In this document: positions 29,592-40,354 of the stretch, piece by piece
Position numbering within the stretch: position 1 is the first letter of the stretch
How the letters are laid out: each line of letters starts with the position of its first letter
IMG/VR virus record: IMGVR_UViG_3300003322_000968
Location: 1-64,000 of that record
From: a virus
Reading direction: 5' to 3' (one strand)
Length of the DNA stretch: 64,000 bases
Translations under genes and position numbers: made by a program
Notes under the pieces: generated by a model
Told to the model about the DNA's origin: nothing
Databases searched by the model: none
The model's input: the letters and a program-made list of their open reading frames with translations, nothing else

Positions 29592-30730
29592 GCGAACCCA
29601 TTGTACAAGAAGCGCCCAACATTGCTGCCATGATGGCGAGCCAGGGCGTCAAGACAGATGATTCGCCGGTTAACATACCGGTTCAAGATACTTCAACATC
29701 GCAGACAGCTCAGTCTGTAGAGCCTCCAAAGGCAGAACCGGCAAAAACTGAAACAGCCGAGCCGGCGCCTGGGCCTGGAGCGGCCCCGGAGCCTCCGAAG
29801 TCGGAACCCGTAAAAGCTGAGCCAGCTGCAACACCTGTTACTCCGGTGCAGCAGCCCGCTCAGCCTGTTGATGTTGATTGGCGAGAGTTAATAAAAAAAC
29901 AACCCGAAGTAGAAGTGTTGAAATCCGTTGGCCTGGATGACAAGATGATCAATTTTCTGTCCAGGTGGAAGGGTGGCGAAGATCTTAAAGACTATTTCGA
30001 AGCTATTTCTACTGATTATTCCAAAATGGGACCTGAAGAATTGTTGAGACGACAGTTATTCAAGGAGTTTGGAAGTCTATCAGCGGAAGACTTTGAAGAA
30101 GTTTATAAGATGAAGGTAATTGAACATTATAAGCTTGATCCTGATGTGTATGACGAGAAGGATGTGCGCCGGGGAAGGCTTATGCTGGGCATTGATGCAG
30201 ATAGAATTCGCCAGGATTTTATAAAAAAACAGCAGGAGTTGCTGTTGTCAAAACCCCCGGAACCGGCTCCCTCAACGGCTGAACTGGAAGCGCAAGCACA
30301 ATTGGAGCAGCGCGAAAAGGATATATTATCCTACCGCGCTCAAGTGGATTCTAATCAGTACACAAAAGATCTGGTCAATACAAAATTGCTGAGGATCGGA
30401 GAAGGCGACAAGGCGTTTAATCTGGAAGTTTCCAATCCAAATGAGGTGTTGGATTTGTTATATGATCCATCTAAGTGGGCGCAAAAGCTTTGGAACGCCG
30501 ATGGCACCCCCAATATTCGAAAGCAATTAATTATTGGTGCAATTGCAAATGACGATGAATTGTTTTTTACCAATCTGACAAAGCATTACGAAAAGTTAGG
30601 TGCCAAGTCGCTGGTAGAGCAAATTCAAAATCCATCTGAGCCCGCAATCGGAGCCACATCAAAAGGATCCACAGAAGCCTCTGACCCAATAGCGCAATTA
30701 GCGCGTAATGGAGTGATTACTTCGGGGTGA
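29588..30730 (+). CDS. Scaffold-like protein preceding the capsid gene
   Basis: Pro/Glu-rich disordered N-terminus with helical C-terminus; occupies the position of the gene upstream of the MCP in crAss-like phages. Confidence 0.6.
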   Translation: MSEPIVQEAPNIAAMMASQGVKTDDSPVNIPVQDTSTSQTAQSVEPPKAEPAKTETAEPAPGPGAAPEPPKSEPVKAEPAATPVTPVQQPAQPVDVDWRELIKKQPEVEVLKSVGLDDKMINFLSRWKGGEDLKDYFEAISTDYSKMGPEELLRRQLFKEFGSLSAEDFEEVYKMKVIEHYKLDPDVYDEKDVRRGRLMLGIDADRIRQDFIKKQQELLLSKPPEPAPSTAELEAQAQLEQREKDILSYRAQVDSNQYTKDLVNTKLLRIGEGDKAFNLEVSNPNEVLDLLYDPSKWAQKLWNADGTPNIRKQLIIGAIANDDELFFTNLTKHYEKLGAKSLVEQIQNPSEPAIGATSKGSTEASDPIAQLARNGVITSG

Positions 30731-30761
30731 TATGTAATTCACCTATTAAACTTTAATTAAA

Positions 30762-32108
30762 ATGGCCGTTACACAAGGCACGTTGAACAAAGCCTATGTG
30801 AGTGCGATTGCATTCCTGGATCAACGTGACATAAATCCGAACTTAATTGATGTAGCCCGCGATAGCTACTTCACTGATATCATGAAGGTTGTAAACCGTT
30901 ATAAAGAGGCCAAGGTGCCCATTTACAATCACTTTGTAAATAACGACGTGTTCGCGACCGCAACAATCAGCAGTGTTTCGTCTGGTTATGGCACTTCCAG
31001 AATGACTGTTGTTCTTACTTCTGGCACTGGAGGTTATGCCCGTGTTGGCGATCTGGTGCGCATAAGTAATACCAACTCGGTGGGCCGGCAAGCGCGCATC
31101 ATGACCGTTACCTCTGTATCCGGTGTGGATACGATTGTATTGCAGTCTGTAGACAACACACCGCTGTTTGCCGCAACAAATGATACTATTACATTCCAAT
31201 CCAATTCATTCGGGGAAAAATCTGATTCCCCTGCCAGCCGCCGTTATCCTGTAACCCGGTACGTTAACCAGGTTCAGATTTTCCGCGAAGCCGATGAGAT
31301 CACTGACGTGCAGAAGGTATCTAAGATCGAGCTGACTGTTGAAGGACAACCCTACTATACGCCTATTCAGCACATTTATAAACTGAAGGCATTGAATGGT
31401 TTCATCTCTGCGCAGATGATCGCCGGCGTTCAGTCAACAACACTGTTCTCTGATTCGAATCCAGTCCTGGCTGATGCCAATGGCAATCCGATCCAAACAA
31501 CCATGGGGCTTGATCAGTATATAACGACCTACGGGATCAGCGATAGCGCCGCAACAGTCGGAACGATGACCTTCAGTGACGCAGATGCCATCATTGATAA
31601 TTTCCTGGCAAACAAGGCGCCGCTCCAGCAAATTGGTTGGATGGGCAGCCTGGCTCGCCGGCCATGGGATGTATGGCTTAAAAACCTGGGAAGCTCTGGC
31701 GTTAATAGTGTTCGTTTGAATATTGATGGCCGCGAAGTTGATCTCATGGTTGACAAGCTTTCATATGGCAATGCAGAATTTGAATTCGTTCATCTGCCCA
31801 TGTTCGATCACCCGGAATTATTTCCATACGGGATTGTGCCTGAAATGGTGGGCTCAACCTACTTCACGCCTAAGGATAAAGTGCAGGTTGAAGGCGGGGG
31901 CATGGAGCCACGTATCCAAATCCGTTATCTGCCCAAGCCAATGGCGGGCGGTAATACCACTTCTAACGGTATAATCTCCGAATGGAATACTGGCGCGTTG
32001 GCCCCTATTCCAACTAGCTCTGTAATGGTTTGGCATACTGACTGGTATACAAACCAAGGCTTAGAAGTGCTAGGAGCGAAACACATGCAACGTTTCCGTG
32101 TAGCATAA
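30762..32108 (+). CDS. Major capsid protein
   Basis: 448 aa; NQVQIFREADEIT and TTMGLDQYI motifs; followed by a strong hairpin; gene order. Confidence 0.82.
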   Translation: MAVTQGTLNKAYVSAIAFLDQRDINPNLIDVARDSYFTDIMKVVNRYKEAKVPIYNHFVNNDVFATATISSVSSGYGTSRMTVVLTSGTGGYARVGDLVRISNTNSVGRQARIMTVTSVSGVDTIVLQSVDNTPLFAATNDTITFQSNSFGEKSDSPASRRYPVTRYVNQVQIFREADEITDVQKVSKIELTVEGQPYYTPIQHIYKLKALNGFISAQMIAGVQSTTLFSDSNPVLADANGNPIQTTMGLDQYITTYGISDSAATVGTMTFSDADAIIDNFLANKAPLQQIGWMGSLARRPWDVWLKNLGSSGVNSVRLNIDGREVDLMVDKLSYGNAEFEFVHLPMFDHPELFPYGIVPEMVGSTYFTPKDKVQVEGGGMEPRIQIRYLPKPMAGGNTTSNGIISEWNTGALAPIPTSSVMVWHTDWYTNQGLEVLGAKHMQRFRVA

Positions 32109-32117
32109 TTATAAATC

Positions 32118-32144
32118 AGGGTGCAGCAAACTGCTGCACCCTTT
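32118..32144 (+). terminator. Hairpin/terminator after the capsid gene
   Basis: AGGGTGCAGC-AAACT-GCTGCACCCT followed by TT. Confidence 0.65.
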
Positions 32145-32156
32145 AACAAAACCCAT

Positions 32157-33047
32157 ATGTTAGATCAAATTGGAACAAAACCCGTATATAACAATTTGAC
32201 GCCTCAGCTTCGCGAACAACTTATGAAAAAAGCAAATGAAGCTGGCCGTTACGTGAAATACAAGTTCGCAATTGCAAAGCGTAACCCAGACGGCGAAATG
32301 AAAACTGGTGGTGAATACTTATATCCATTGCGCTGGGCACTGACGCCGGTTACTTTCTATATAACCGACCCCTTTGATAAGTTACGAAAGCGCATTGGGG
32401 TGGTCGATAAGCTGAAGGAGTTTGGCGCTCCCAGCGATAGCTTTAAGCGCGTGCATCTGGAAGAGCAGTTCAAAGGCATACTAACACTCGATATGGAACA
32501 TATGCCCGATCAGGATACATTCATTTATCTGGAGCTACATCCTAAGCTAGAAGGAGGCCAGTTTCGCGATAGTAATGAAATGGCCATATTCCGCAGGATT
32601 GATGAAGTGAAAGAAGCGAAAAGTTCACTATCAGCCAGGGAGAACAGAGCCAATGCCATGTTTGTAGCCTCTCAAATGACCATGCAGGAAGTAAAAGATT
32701 TTGCTTGTGCAATGGGTTGGAATGAGCATGAAGATATAAACATCATTAGGGATAAAGTGCTGGAAATTGCAGATAAAGACCCCGAATGGTTTAAAAACTT
32801 CATTGATAATAAAAGCATTGAATACAGGGCTGTTATTAAGCGCGCTCTTGACAATAATATAATTGCATGGCATCCTGTAGAGAACAAAATTGTTTGGGGC
32901 AGCAACAATCAAACCGTGGCCATCTTGGAGCGCTGCGAAGATGGAAAAGTCCTGGAGCGGTTTGGTGATTGGCTCGTTACAAGCAAGAACGGCCAGGAGG
33001 TCTATACTAAGCTTAAAGGATTGTTATTAAAGAACGCAACAGTTTGA
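32157..33047 (+). CDS. Conserved phage protein downstream of the capsid gene
   Basis: ATG 32157 preceded by AAAACCCAT; occupies the position of the crAss-like gene after the MCP. Confidence 0.6.
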   Translation: MLDQIGTKPVYNNLTPQLREQLMKKANEAGRYVKYKFAIAKRNPDGEMKTGGEYLYPLRWALTPVTFYITDPFDKLRKRIGVVDKLKEFGAPSDSFKRVHLEEQFKGILTLDMEHMPDQDTFIYLELHPKLEGGQFRDSNEMAIFRRIDEVKEAKSSLSARENRANAMFVASQMTMQEVKDFACAMGWNEHEDINIIRDKVLEIADKDPEWFKNFIDNKSIEYRAVIKRALDNNIIAWHPVENKIVWGSNNQTVAILERCEDGKVLERFGDWLVTSKNGQEVYTKLKGLLLKNATV

Positions 33048-33113
33048 TATTGTATATATGGGTTAGCGCTCTCGATATGTTCATGCGGGGGCTCTTAATT
33101 TAAACTTTAAGCA

Positions 33114-33887
33114 ATGAGGTCATATGTTGTTTATTTCCATAGAAACCCAGAAACGAAAACTATATTTTATGTAGGAATTGGAAATAACAAAAGACCCTTT
33201 CAATTTCAGGATAGAAATATCTTTTGGAAGAAATATGTTTTGAAATATGGCAATCCGGTTGTCGATGTGATCAAGATTGGTGTCTCAAAAGAGGAGGCAA
33301 TAGAAGCCGAGTTGCATTTCATATCTGTATTGGGCAGGCGCGGGATTGATAAAAATGGCATATTGGTAAATAGAACGATTGGTGGCGATGGAGTAAAAGG
33401 CGTACCGATGAGCGATATAACAAGAAAGAAACTATCCCTTATCAATAAAGGCAAAAAGCTTTCCGTTGAGCGGCGTTTAAAGATTTCAAATGGCCAAAGA
33501 GGAAGAAAGCTAACAGAAGAATGGAGAAAAAGTCTTTCAGAATCAAAAATGGGATCTAAGAACCCTTTTTATGGAAAAACCTTCTCGCGCGAGCATAGAG
33601 AAAAACTAAGCGGTAGGCGCGGACCTCTTCATCCGCGGTATGGAAAGAAAAATACAGAAGAAAGTAAGATCAAAAGGAGGGCAACAGTAGGCGATAGGTT
33701 TAAAAGAGGTGGTCACCCATATGCGCATAAAGTTATACATGAAGCCACCGGCGGAATTTGGCCCTGTGTTAAAGATGCATGGGAATTATCAGGCTTAAGA
33801 ATGACGTATATAAGCTTCGCTCGATGTCTAAGGAATGAACGCAAGAATAAAACAGGATATAAATTATTAATTAATGGCGAATCTTAA
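33114..33887 (+). CDS. GIY-YIG-like homing endonuclease with NUMOD3 repeats
   Basis: YVVYFH...IFYVGIG, LVNRTIGGDG, repeated S..TRKKLS / GSKNPFYGKT. Confidence 0.82.
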   Translation: MRSYVVYFHRNPETKTIFYVGIGNNKRPFQFQDRNIFWKKYVLKYGNPVVDVIKIGVSKEEAIEAELHFISVLGRRGIDKNGILVNRTIGGDGVKGVPMSDITRKKLSLINKGKKLSVERRLKISNGQRGRKLTEEWRKSLSESKMGSKNPFYGKTFSREHREKLSGRRGPLHPRYGKKNTEESKIKRRATVGDRFKRGGHPYAHKVIHEATGGIWPCVKDAWELSGLRMTYISFARCLRNERKNKTGYKLLINGES

Positions 33888-35079
33888 TGCCTATATAGAT
33901 TTTGAAATAATTCTTTCTAAAGATCAAGGCTCGTCATCTTTGGTTTTAAGAGACCCGGATAATTATCCGGCAGGTGTTGATGTAAATTTAAAAGGTATAT
34001 TTTCTATCACGCAACCGGATTCGGTGACAATTACCGGCAACTACCTTACGCCCGATATTTCATGGAATGGTTCACAGCTAACGATTGCCACAAAAGAGTT
34101 GCGCTTACGCTCAACAGGTAGTTTCCAGCAAGGAACCTATACAATCACATACAATATTACGGCGCCCGGATACGACGAAACGACATTGACTAAGACTTTT
34201 GACTTAAGCTATACTTCACCAACGCTTGTGGTTTCAGATAATTTCGATGTTTTTACACCGTCGCTATCTGTTACAGATAATACAGTTTATACGCAATCGG
34301 GAATGACTCTAAGCGGCGTTGTGCGCAGCTGGGAGGCGACAATAATAAGCGTTGAGGGCACCAATCAGGACATCTTAGGTTCTCTGCAAACATTTGACCT
34401 CTCTTACCTGGGCTCATATTATGATTCAAGATATGATGTTTCGTTAACTGCAACCGTCACCTACACTTTAGACTCCCCGGATGACTGGGTGCAGATATCA
34501 GATCAACAGGAATACGAACATACTTATTATGCATTTATTCCGCCCTCCATTATAGATCTATTGCAGTTATTAACTACCTACAAAGCTACTGTAGATGCGG
34601 CGCATTGCATTTGCGGAACTGGCTGTGTTGATAACTGCACAACCCTTAAAAACACTTATTCCCTGGCGGTTTCCATTTATACGCATATTGTAGAGCGTGG
34701 ACGCGCTGGTGAAACTGACGGGCTGGATGCTTATGTGCTGCAATTGCAGAAGCTGCTTAGTAATTGTGTAACACCCGCTTATACCAATACAAATGATGCG
34801 ATATTGCCCTATGATTGGGGAAGCACAATAACAGGATCGTTCGCATTCTTCAAGCAGATGATTGTCGGAAGCGGGGTAAATAATGCGCCAGCTGATGGCG
34901 CGACTACATACACTGATGCATTATTGATAAACAAAAGTGTTATGGTCTTTCTTGATAGTTTATTAATGGGAAATAATTTATCAGATCGAGTATCAATTAC
35001 CTATAACAATACAACCGGCACAATAACCTGGAATAGCCCATTATCCGCCCCGCAACTAATCTCAATATATACGTTCTGA
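33874..35079 (+). CDS. Virion structural (tail/fibre-associated) protein
   Basis: Thr/Ser-rich beta protein in the late operon, before the tail spike. Confidence 0.5.
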   Translation: MANLNAYIDFEIILSKDQGSSSLVLRDPDNYPAGVDVNLKGIFSITQPDSVTITGNYLTPDISWNGSQLTIATKELRLRSTGSFQQGTYTITYNITAPGYDETTLTKTFDLSYTSPTLVVSDNFDVFTPSLSVTDNTVYTQSGMTLSGVVRSWEATIISVEGTNQDILGSLQTFDLSYLGSYYDSRYDVSLTATVTYTLDSPDDWVQISDQQEYEHTYYAFIPPSIIDLLQLLTTYKATVDAAHCICGTGCVDNCTTLKNTYSLAVSIYTHIVERGRAGETDGLDAYVLQLQKLLSNCVTPAYTNTNDAILPYDWGSTITGSFAFFKQMIVGSGVNNAPADGATTYTDALLINKSVMVFLDSLLMGNNLSDRVSITYNNTTGTITWNSPLSAPQLISIYTF

Positions 35080-35080
35080 T

Positions 35081-37537
35081 ATGAAGTATTTAATTGTCAT
35101 ATTATCATTCTTTGCTATACTGGCATTTGCTAATAACACCGGCATTTCGGTAAAACCCATAAAGCAGGATACAGTTCCAACCGGAGCTGCGCCGCAATTG
35201 TTTGGCAGTAAATTATATGAATTTAGGAATTACGCTTTGATCGATTCGTTTCTTATGATTGCCGAGGGCGATACCTTTGCTTATCCACGCTGGCCAGCCA
35301 TAAAATTTAAAAGTTCTGATAAAAGGTGGTACGGTCACGATAAATCCAAATGGCAGCGGTTTTTATATGCCAGCGATACGAGCACTTTACTGGCGACGCG
35401 ATATGACTTAACACAATTGCCACAAACAATTCTTTCGAATGTGGGTTCGGGCTATCGCTTAGTTACAAACCCAAATGGCAGCATTAAAACAATCGCTAAC
35501 AGCAATACAGTAATCTGGGATAGCACAAGTAATGCAAACTCATTAACCGCAAAAGTAGATACCGCTGTAATTGCTACTCAATATGATATTGCCCAGTTGG
35601 GCGTATTTAATACCTACTATGCATATGTTGATACGTTAGGCAATGACGCCACCGGCGCGTTAAATAATGCCGCAAAGCCATTTAAGACCATAAATGCCGC
35701 ATTAGATGCACTACCCTCGCAGGGTGGCGTAATTCCGATTGGATTAGGCAAATTCAATAGTCCCGATTCGGCTAAGATGAAATCCAACGTTTGGTTTAAG
35801 GGTTCGGGCATGCCCGTAGCAAATGATACAATGACTGTGAATGCGTATTATAACAACACTATAAAGGTACCTACGCGGTTAATCGGCGGTACCATATTAA
35901 CCGGTTCTTTCATAGTGCCATATAATCGCGAACATATACATTGTACAGATCTGGGAGTTGATGTTGGGTCCGATTGGGTTGCTAACGTGAACGGTGGAGT
36001 GGAGGTAGATGGATTTATGTGCCCGCAATTTTATAATCCTGCCGGAGGTCTACCGTCAGCAGACGGAAAGCACCTCCTACAAACACAAACGAAGCCAAGG
36101 CGTGGGATGTTGTTTAAGAATATCAATGTCCTCCTTTCTTCCGCAACTTCGCCATACCACGCATTCTTACTTGAGAACATGACATTTGCTATTGCTGACA
36201 ATATCTATACAACGTATGGTTTTGCCGGAGTTGTGATAAAGACAATGGGAGGAATTTATACAAATCTACATACGCGTGGACACGGCACCTATCATATTAT
36301 ACCAAAGTCAAACGACTACAGTTATTGCTACGGAGTTGTTATAAATGGCTTCGAGTGCGGGCCGATCTTGGGTAATAATGGCACAGGGATAACGCTTGAT
36401 CAAAACGATCCAGGGAGCCCCGGTATTTATTGGTGTAATATAAGCAACGGCTTTATAAATCATGTAGGAACAGGAATGTCGTTGACGGGTGATAATATGA
36501 ACATTAGCAACATCAACATCGTCGATGTGGGAATTTCAGGCGTCGTTTCGGCTAATCTTATACGTTCTCATATTGATAACATAACCCAACGAATTGCCCC
36601 ACAACAGGGGTTTAGCATAGACCCCGGATCAATATTGTCAGACGGGGCAACCACATGGAGTAATTGTACTGCTATAGGAAATCTTGGCGACGGATTTCGT
36701 GTTTTAAATGGGACGGCAAAGAATTATTTCGAGAATATAATTTCTGGCGAGAATACGGGCTATGGATTTAATTCCAACGGTACGGCATGGGTGGGTAATC
36801 ATACATATTATAGTAATACAGCGGGCGCAACGACAGGAACAATGCATAATAGAGTTGCAGTTACTTCTTTGCTATCAGCCGGGACAGGTATATCCTTATC
36901 AGGAAGTGGAACCGAAGCCAGTCCGTACTCAATCAGTTCAAGCTATTCCGCGCCTATAACTTCAATAAACTCTCAAACGGGCCCAGCGATAACAATAACA
37001 GCTGGCACTGCTATAACAACAAGTACATTAAGTAATGACATCACTATTGCATATGATAAAACAAACAGTGAAGTATATCACACCTTGGCAAATTATTTAA
37101 TAGACGCGAATAATTCAGGCACAGCTGAAACTGATTTATATAGTACAACGGTTGGAGCTAATAAATTAATTAGCAATGGGCAGTCGTTGTCATTTGAAAT
37201 TTCAGGAACCTTCAATGATATCACCGCAACAGCAGACGTACAATTCTATTTCGCGGGAGCTTCTTTTGGTAATACTGGGGCCTTAACCATAAGCACAACC
37301 GGGGCATGGAGCGCAAGAGGCATGATAATAAGAACAACCTCTACGACTGCACGAGCATATGTTACAATAACCACACCGGGCGCATCAACAGCTGAGTATA
37401 CCAATGAACTTGATCTAACCGGATTGGATTTTACTACATCGAATGTTTTCAAAGTAACCGCGCAGGCTGGCGGCGCCGGAGGTGGCAGCAATGATATAAC
37501 CGCAAAGCTGGGTAAATTAAAATTCGAATCTAATTAA
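35081..37537 (+). CDS. Tail spike/fibre with parallel beta-helix (pectin-lyase-like) domain
   Basis: GNDATG...KPFKTINAALDAL..GG.I....G motif followed by Asn/Gly beta-helix repeats. Confidence 0.7.
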   Translation: MKYLIVILSFFAILAFANNTGISVKPIKQDTVPTGAAPQLFGSKLYEFRNYALIDSFLMIAEGDTFAYPRWPAIKFKSSDKRWYGHDKSKWQRFLYASDTSTLLATRYDLTQLPQTILSNVGSGYRLVTNPNGSIKTIANSNTVIWDSTSNANSLTAKVDTAVIATQYDIAQLGVFNTYYAYVDTLGNDATGALNNAAKPFKTINAALDALPSQGGVIPIGLGKFNSPDSAKMKSNVWFKGSGMPVANDTMTVNAYYNNTIKVPTRLIGGTILTGSFIVPYNREHIHCTDLGVDVGSDWVANVNGGVEVDGFMCPQFYNPAGGLPSADGKHLLQTQTKPRRGMLFKNINVLLSSATSPYHAFLLENMTFAIADNIYTTYGFAGVVIKTMGGIYTNLHTRGHGTYHIIPKSNDYSYCYGVVINGFECGPILGNNGTGITLDQNDPGSPGIYWCNISNGFINHVGTGMSLTGDNMNISNINIVDVGISGVVSANLIRSHIDNITQRIAPQQGFSIDPGSILSDGATTWSNCTAIGNLGDGFRVLNGTAKNYFENIISGENTGYGFNSNGTAWVGNHTYYSNTAGATTGTMHNRVAVTSLLSAGTGISLSGSGTEASPYSISSSYSAPITSINSQTGPAITITAGTAITTSTLSNDITIAYDKTNSEVYHTLANYLIDANNSGTAETDLYSTTVGANKLISNGQSLSFEISGTFNDITATADVQFYFAGASFGNTGALTISTTGAWSARGMIIRTTSTTARAYVTITTPGASTAEYTNELDLTGLDFTTSNVFKVTAQAGGAGGGSNDITAKLGKLKFESN

Positions 37538-37545
37538 TAGGTTCA

Positions 37546-37773
37546 ATGAACGAGAAAGCTCAAACTATAATTGTATCACTACTAACAGCAGCACTAATCG
37601 CATGTTTCGGGTTTTTGTGGAACCTGAATGGCACATTATCGCGTATGGAAGAGCGAGATGTAACGAGAGAGAAAGCGCTTAATGATATAAACCTGAAGAT
37701 AAACTCAATACAATTAGATCTCATTGATCTGCGCGACCGAATCATACGAATTGAAACCAAAACGCAAAAATGA
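37546..37773 (+). CDS. Holin-like membrane/coiled-coil protein
   Basis: One TM helix plus coiled coil, at the start of the lysis region. Confidence 0.5.
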   Translation: MNEKAQTIIVSLLTAALIACFGFLWNLNGTLSRMEERDVTREKALNDINLKINSIQLDLIDLRDRIIRIETKTQK

Positions 37774-38066
37774 TGAACTACTACGAACAGATATTATTAG
37801 CGGCTGGTGGTTACGCGCTTCACCTTCTAAAAATGTGGGGCGAATCAATTAAGCGCAAAGAGAGGTTTGTCAAAGAGACATTTTACATCAGCATCGCAAT
37901 GAATGTGATTTCTATATTCATTATGATTTATATAGGCGGTTCATTGCCGGCTGATATAATTGTAATGAGCCCGCTAACCTGCGTAATCATTGGGACGTTC
38001 GGCAGTTCAATGCTTTCGGGCATTATAAATATTAAGAAGCCTAAAGACATAAACGATACGGAATGA
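37770..38066 (+). CDS. Putative holin
   Basis: 98 aa, 2-3 TM helices, charged C-terminus. Confidence 0.55.
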   Translation: MMNYYEQILLAAGGYALHLLKMWGESIKRKERFVKETFYISIAMNVISIFIMIYIGGSLPADIIVMSPLTCVIIGTFGSSMLSGIINIKKPKDINDTE

Positions 38067-38809
38067 AGTTTGATTTCAAAGATATCGCTTGGGTAGCAGT
38101 TGTTACACTCATTGTGATATTCCTATCAAAATGCCATAGGGAAAAAACAGACCTGCAAGATGCGGAGCTTAATAAGCTAGGACTAAAGATTCATGAAGAT
38201 TCGATCGAGACCGCGCGGGTTATAAAACAATATGAAATTATTGTTGCAAACAAAGACACAATAGCAACACTGTACATAAACAGAAACAAAGCAATTGAGC
38301 AGCAGGCCGATAAGCAAGCCGCTACTGTGCTGCGCTTATCAGCGGCATTAAGGGCTTATCAATTACCGGGGGATTCGAACATAACAACTGTTAGTCACGA
38401 ATACATTGATTATTGCGATAGCCTTGCGCTTACCTCTAGTGACCTGGCTATAAACTTCAATAACTATAAACGGAATGCGGCTTTCATCATAGCGGCCAAA
38501 GACACTGCATTACTTGCTAAAGATAGCATCATCGCTGCGGAGCGTAAAGCGAAGTCTGACTGTAAGAATGGCTATAACGCGTTAATGCGGATCTACCAGC
38601 ATGATCAATCTGTTAATAAGCTGCATAGTCAATTATACATCGGAGCTGAATTAATCGGTAACCCTAATTACTTAATTAGCAATGTGGGCCTTGCGTTAAC
38701 CCTAAAAACAAAAGCCAACAAGCTTTGGCAATTATCTGGCGGCATAATGACAAGCGGCCAGTATTACGCGAGAATCAATGGCAACATATTGATATCACTA
38801 AAACGATAA
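38063..38809 (+). CDS. Spanin-like membrane-anchored coiled-coil protein
   Basis: N-terminal TM ending in LSKC, long coiled coil, beta-rich C-terminus. Confidence 0.45.
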   Translation: MKFDFKDIAWVAVVTLIVIFLSKCHREKTDLQDAELNKLGLKIHEDSIETARVIKQYEIIVANKDTIATLYINRNKAIEQQADKQAATVLRLSAALRAYQLPGDSNITTVSHEYIDYCDSLALTSSDLAINFNNYKRNAAFIIAAKDTALLAKDSIIAAERKAKSDCKNGYNALMRIYQHDQSVNKLHSQLYIGAELIGNPNYLISNVGLALTLKTKANKLWQLSGGIMTSGQYYARINGNILISLKR

Positions 38810-38810
38810 T

Positions 38811-39012
38811 TATGAAGTTCTTTAAAAAGTATTCGGGGTATATAGGTTTTGGCTCCCTGCTATCGGGAATGATTATAGGCGGTTGGGGTTGGGATAAATT
38901 TGAATCTACCATAACGGCCAGGACACATGGTTCAGTATTTATGATAATAGTTGGGGTGGCGCTGATCATAATCGGCTTATTGGCATTGAATTTAAGTTCT
39001 CAAAAAAGATGA
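38811..39012 (+). CDS. Two-helix membrane protein
   Basis: MKFFKKYSGYIGF... with two hydrophobic segments. Confidence 0.5.
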
Positions 39013-39335
39013 TCGGCTATGTATTCATAGCGTTGGCGGCATTCTTTAATGCCTGTATGGACGCATGGGAAAATGAACCCAACTTCAATGAGAGCATTTT
39101 TAGACATTGGAATCAGCGCTTTTGGTTAAAGGAGATTTCTTGGCAGTATGCCAGAAAGATATTCTCCTATAAAATTGACGCTTGGCATCTTGCAAAATCA
39201 TTAATGGTTATCTGCTTTGCTATTGCATTATGCTTCGATTATCGTGGCGCGTGGTATATAATAGTTATTAACTGCGGAGTTGTATGGAATTTCTCTTTCT
39301 GGCTTTACTACCATAAGATCTTTAAAATAAAATAG
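39009..39335 (+). CDS. Membrane protein
   Basis: AAFFNACMD...DAWHLAK; three hydrophobic segments. Confidence 0.55.
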   Translation: MIGYVFIALAAFFNACMDAWENEPNFNESIFRHWNQRFWLKEISWQYARKIFSYKIDAWHLAKSLMVICFAIALCFDYRGAWYIIVINCGVVWNFSFWLYYHKIFKIK

Positions 39336-39497
39336 CCCCTCTATAGACATAGACGAGCTATAGTTATAATATCTGATTAGCGAATACTAATATACGGCTT
39401 TTAATTAAAGCTCCAAATAAAAAACCCCGGTAGCTATCCGGGGCTCATGACAAAAAAAGGACACAAACCTTGCATTGATCCAAAAATACTCTTTTTT

Positions 39498-40031
39498 ATG
39501 AATCTCCCAAATGATTATGTGTGGCTTCTTAATGAGCCGGGCCCTAAGATGCTATTAGAGGCACTGAAGCTCTATGGCACTACGGAGGCGCCTGGAGAGG
39601 GCGACAATCCTGTCATTTTAGAGTGGGCTAAAGAGGTCGGCCTTGATAAGGTCTATAAGCATGATGCAACCGCTTGGTGCGGTTTGTTTATGGCGGTTGT
39701 CGCCAAAAGGGCTGGTAAGCAATTACCTCCTGGTGGCCCTCTTTGGGCACTCAACTGGGGGCAGTTTGGTGATAAGGTTGAGGACGGGCCAAAACTGGGC
39801 GACATTTTAGTGTTCAAACGAGCTGGGGGCGGCCATGTCACGCTTTACGTCGGGGAAGATGATGAATGCTATCATTGCCTAGGAGGCAATCAATCTGATA
39901 TGGTGAACATTGTAAGAAAACCATGGAGCCGCATTTACGCCATTCGCCGGCCTCATTATAACATACAGCCGGCAAATGTGCGTAAAATCATATTAGACAG
40001 TAATGGATCTATAGATGAAAAAGAATCATAA
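39498..40031 (+). CDS. Endolysin, TIGR02594 (NlpC/P60/CHAP-like) family
   Basis: TAWCGLF, GGGHV, LGGNQSD; start at ATG 39498. Confidence 0.85.
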   Translation: MNLPNDYVWLLNEPGPKMLLEALKLYGTTEAPGEGDNPVILEWAKEVGLDKVYKHDATAWCGLFMAVVAKRAGKQLPPGGPLWALNWGQFGDKVEDGPKLGDILVFKRAGGGHVTLYVGEDDECYHCLGGNQSDMVNIVRKPWSRIYAIRRPHYNIQPANVRKIILDSNGSIDEKES

Positions 40032-40274
40032 TGTATAAGGGAGCCCGCACTCTATTGCAATATTTTTCATGGTACTAAGGCGGATTTGTTTATCGCCACG
40101 ATTTCTCAATTCACGCTGCAATTGCCCCAGCGGCGTGCTGGGGTTTTCCTTAATTATCTTATAAGCAGCCGCAGTTGATTCCTCTTTCTGATATTTAATA
40201 TTATAAACCGCCATCTGGGCCTCAGCTAATAAGTCAGGGTGTATTCTTATTCCTATCATTACTCCTTTCGCCAT
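40026..40274 (-). CDS. Hypothetical DNA-binding protein
   Basis: 82 aa from ATG 40274, divergent from the integrase. Confidence 0.45.
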   Translation of the reverse strand: MAKGVMIGIRIHPDLLAEAQMAVYNIKYQKEESTAAAYKIIKENPSTPLGQLQRELRNRGDKQIRLSTMKNIAIECGLPYTL

Positions 40275-40354
40275 GGCCTCAAAGATAAATAACAAGGTAG
40301 TTTTAAACAAACTTAAACATGTTTAACATTTCCTTTACCTTAGCGGAATGGAAA

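Noticed and set aside
35081-37537. Diversity-generating retroelement target
   Set aside because: No reverse transcriptase and no template/variable repeat pair seen
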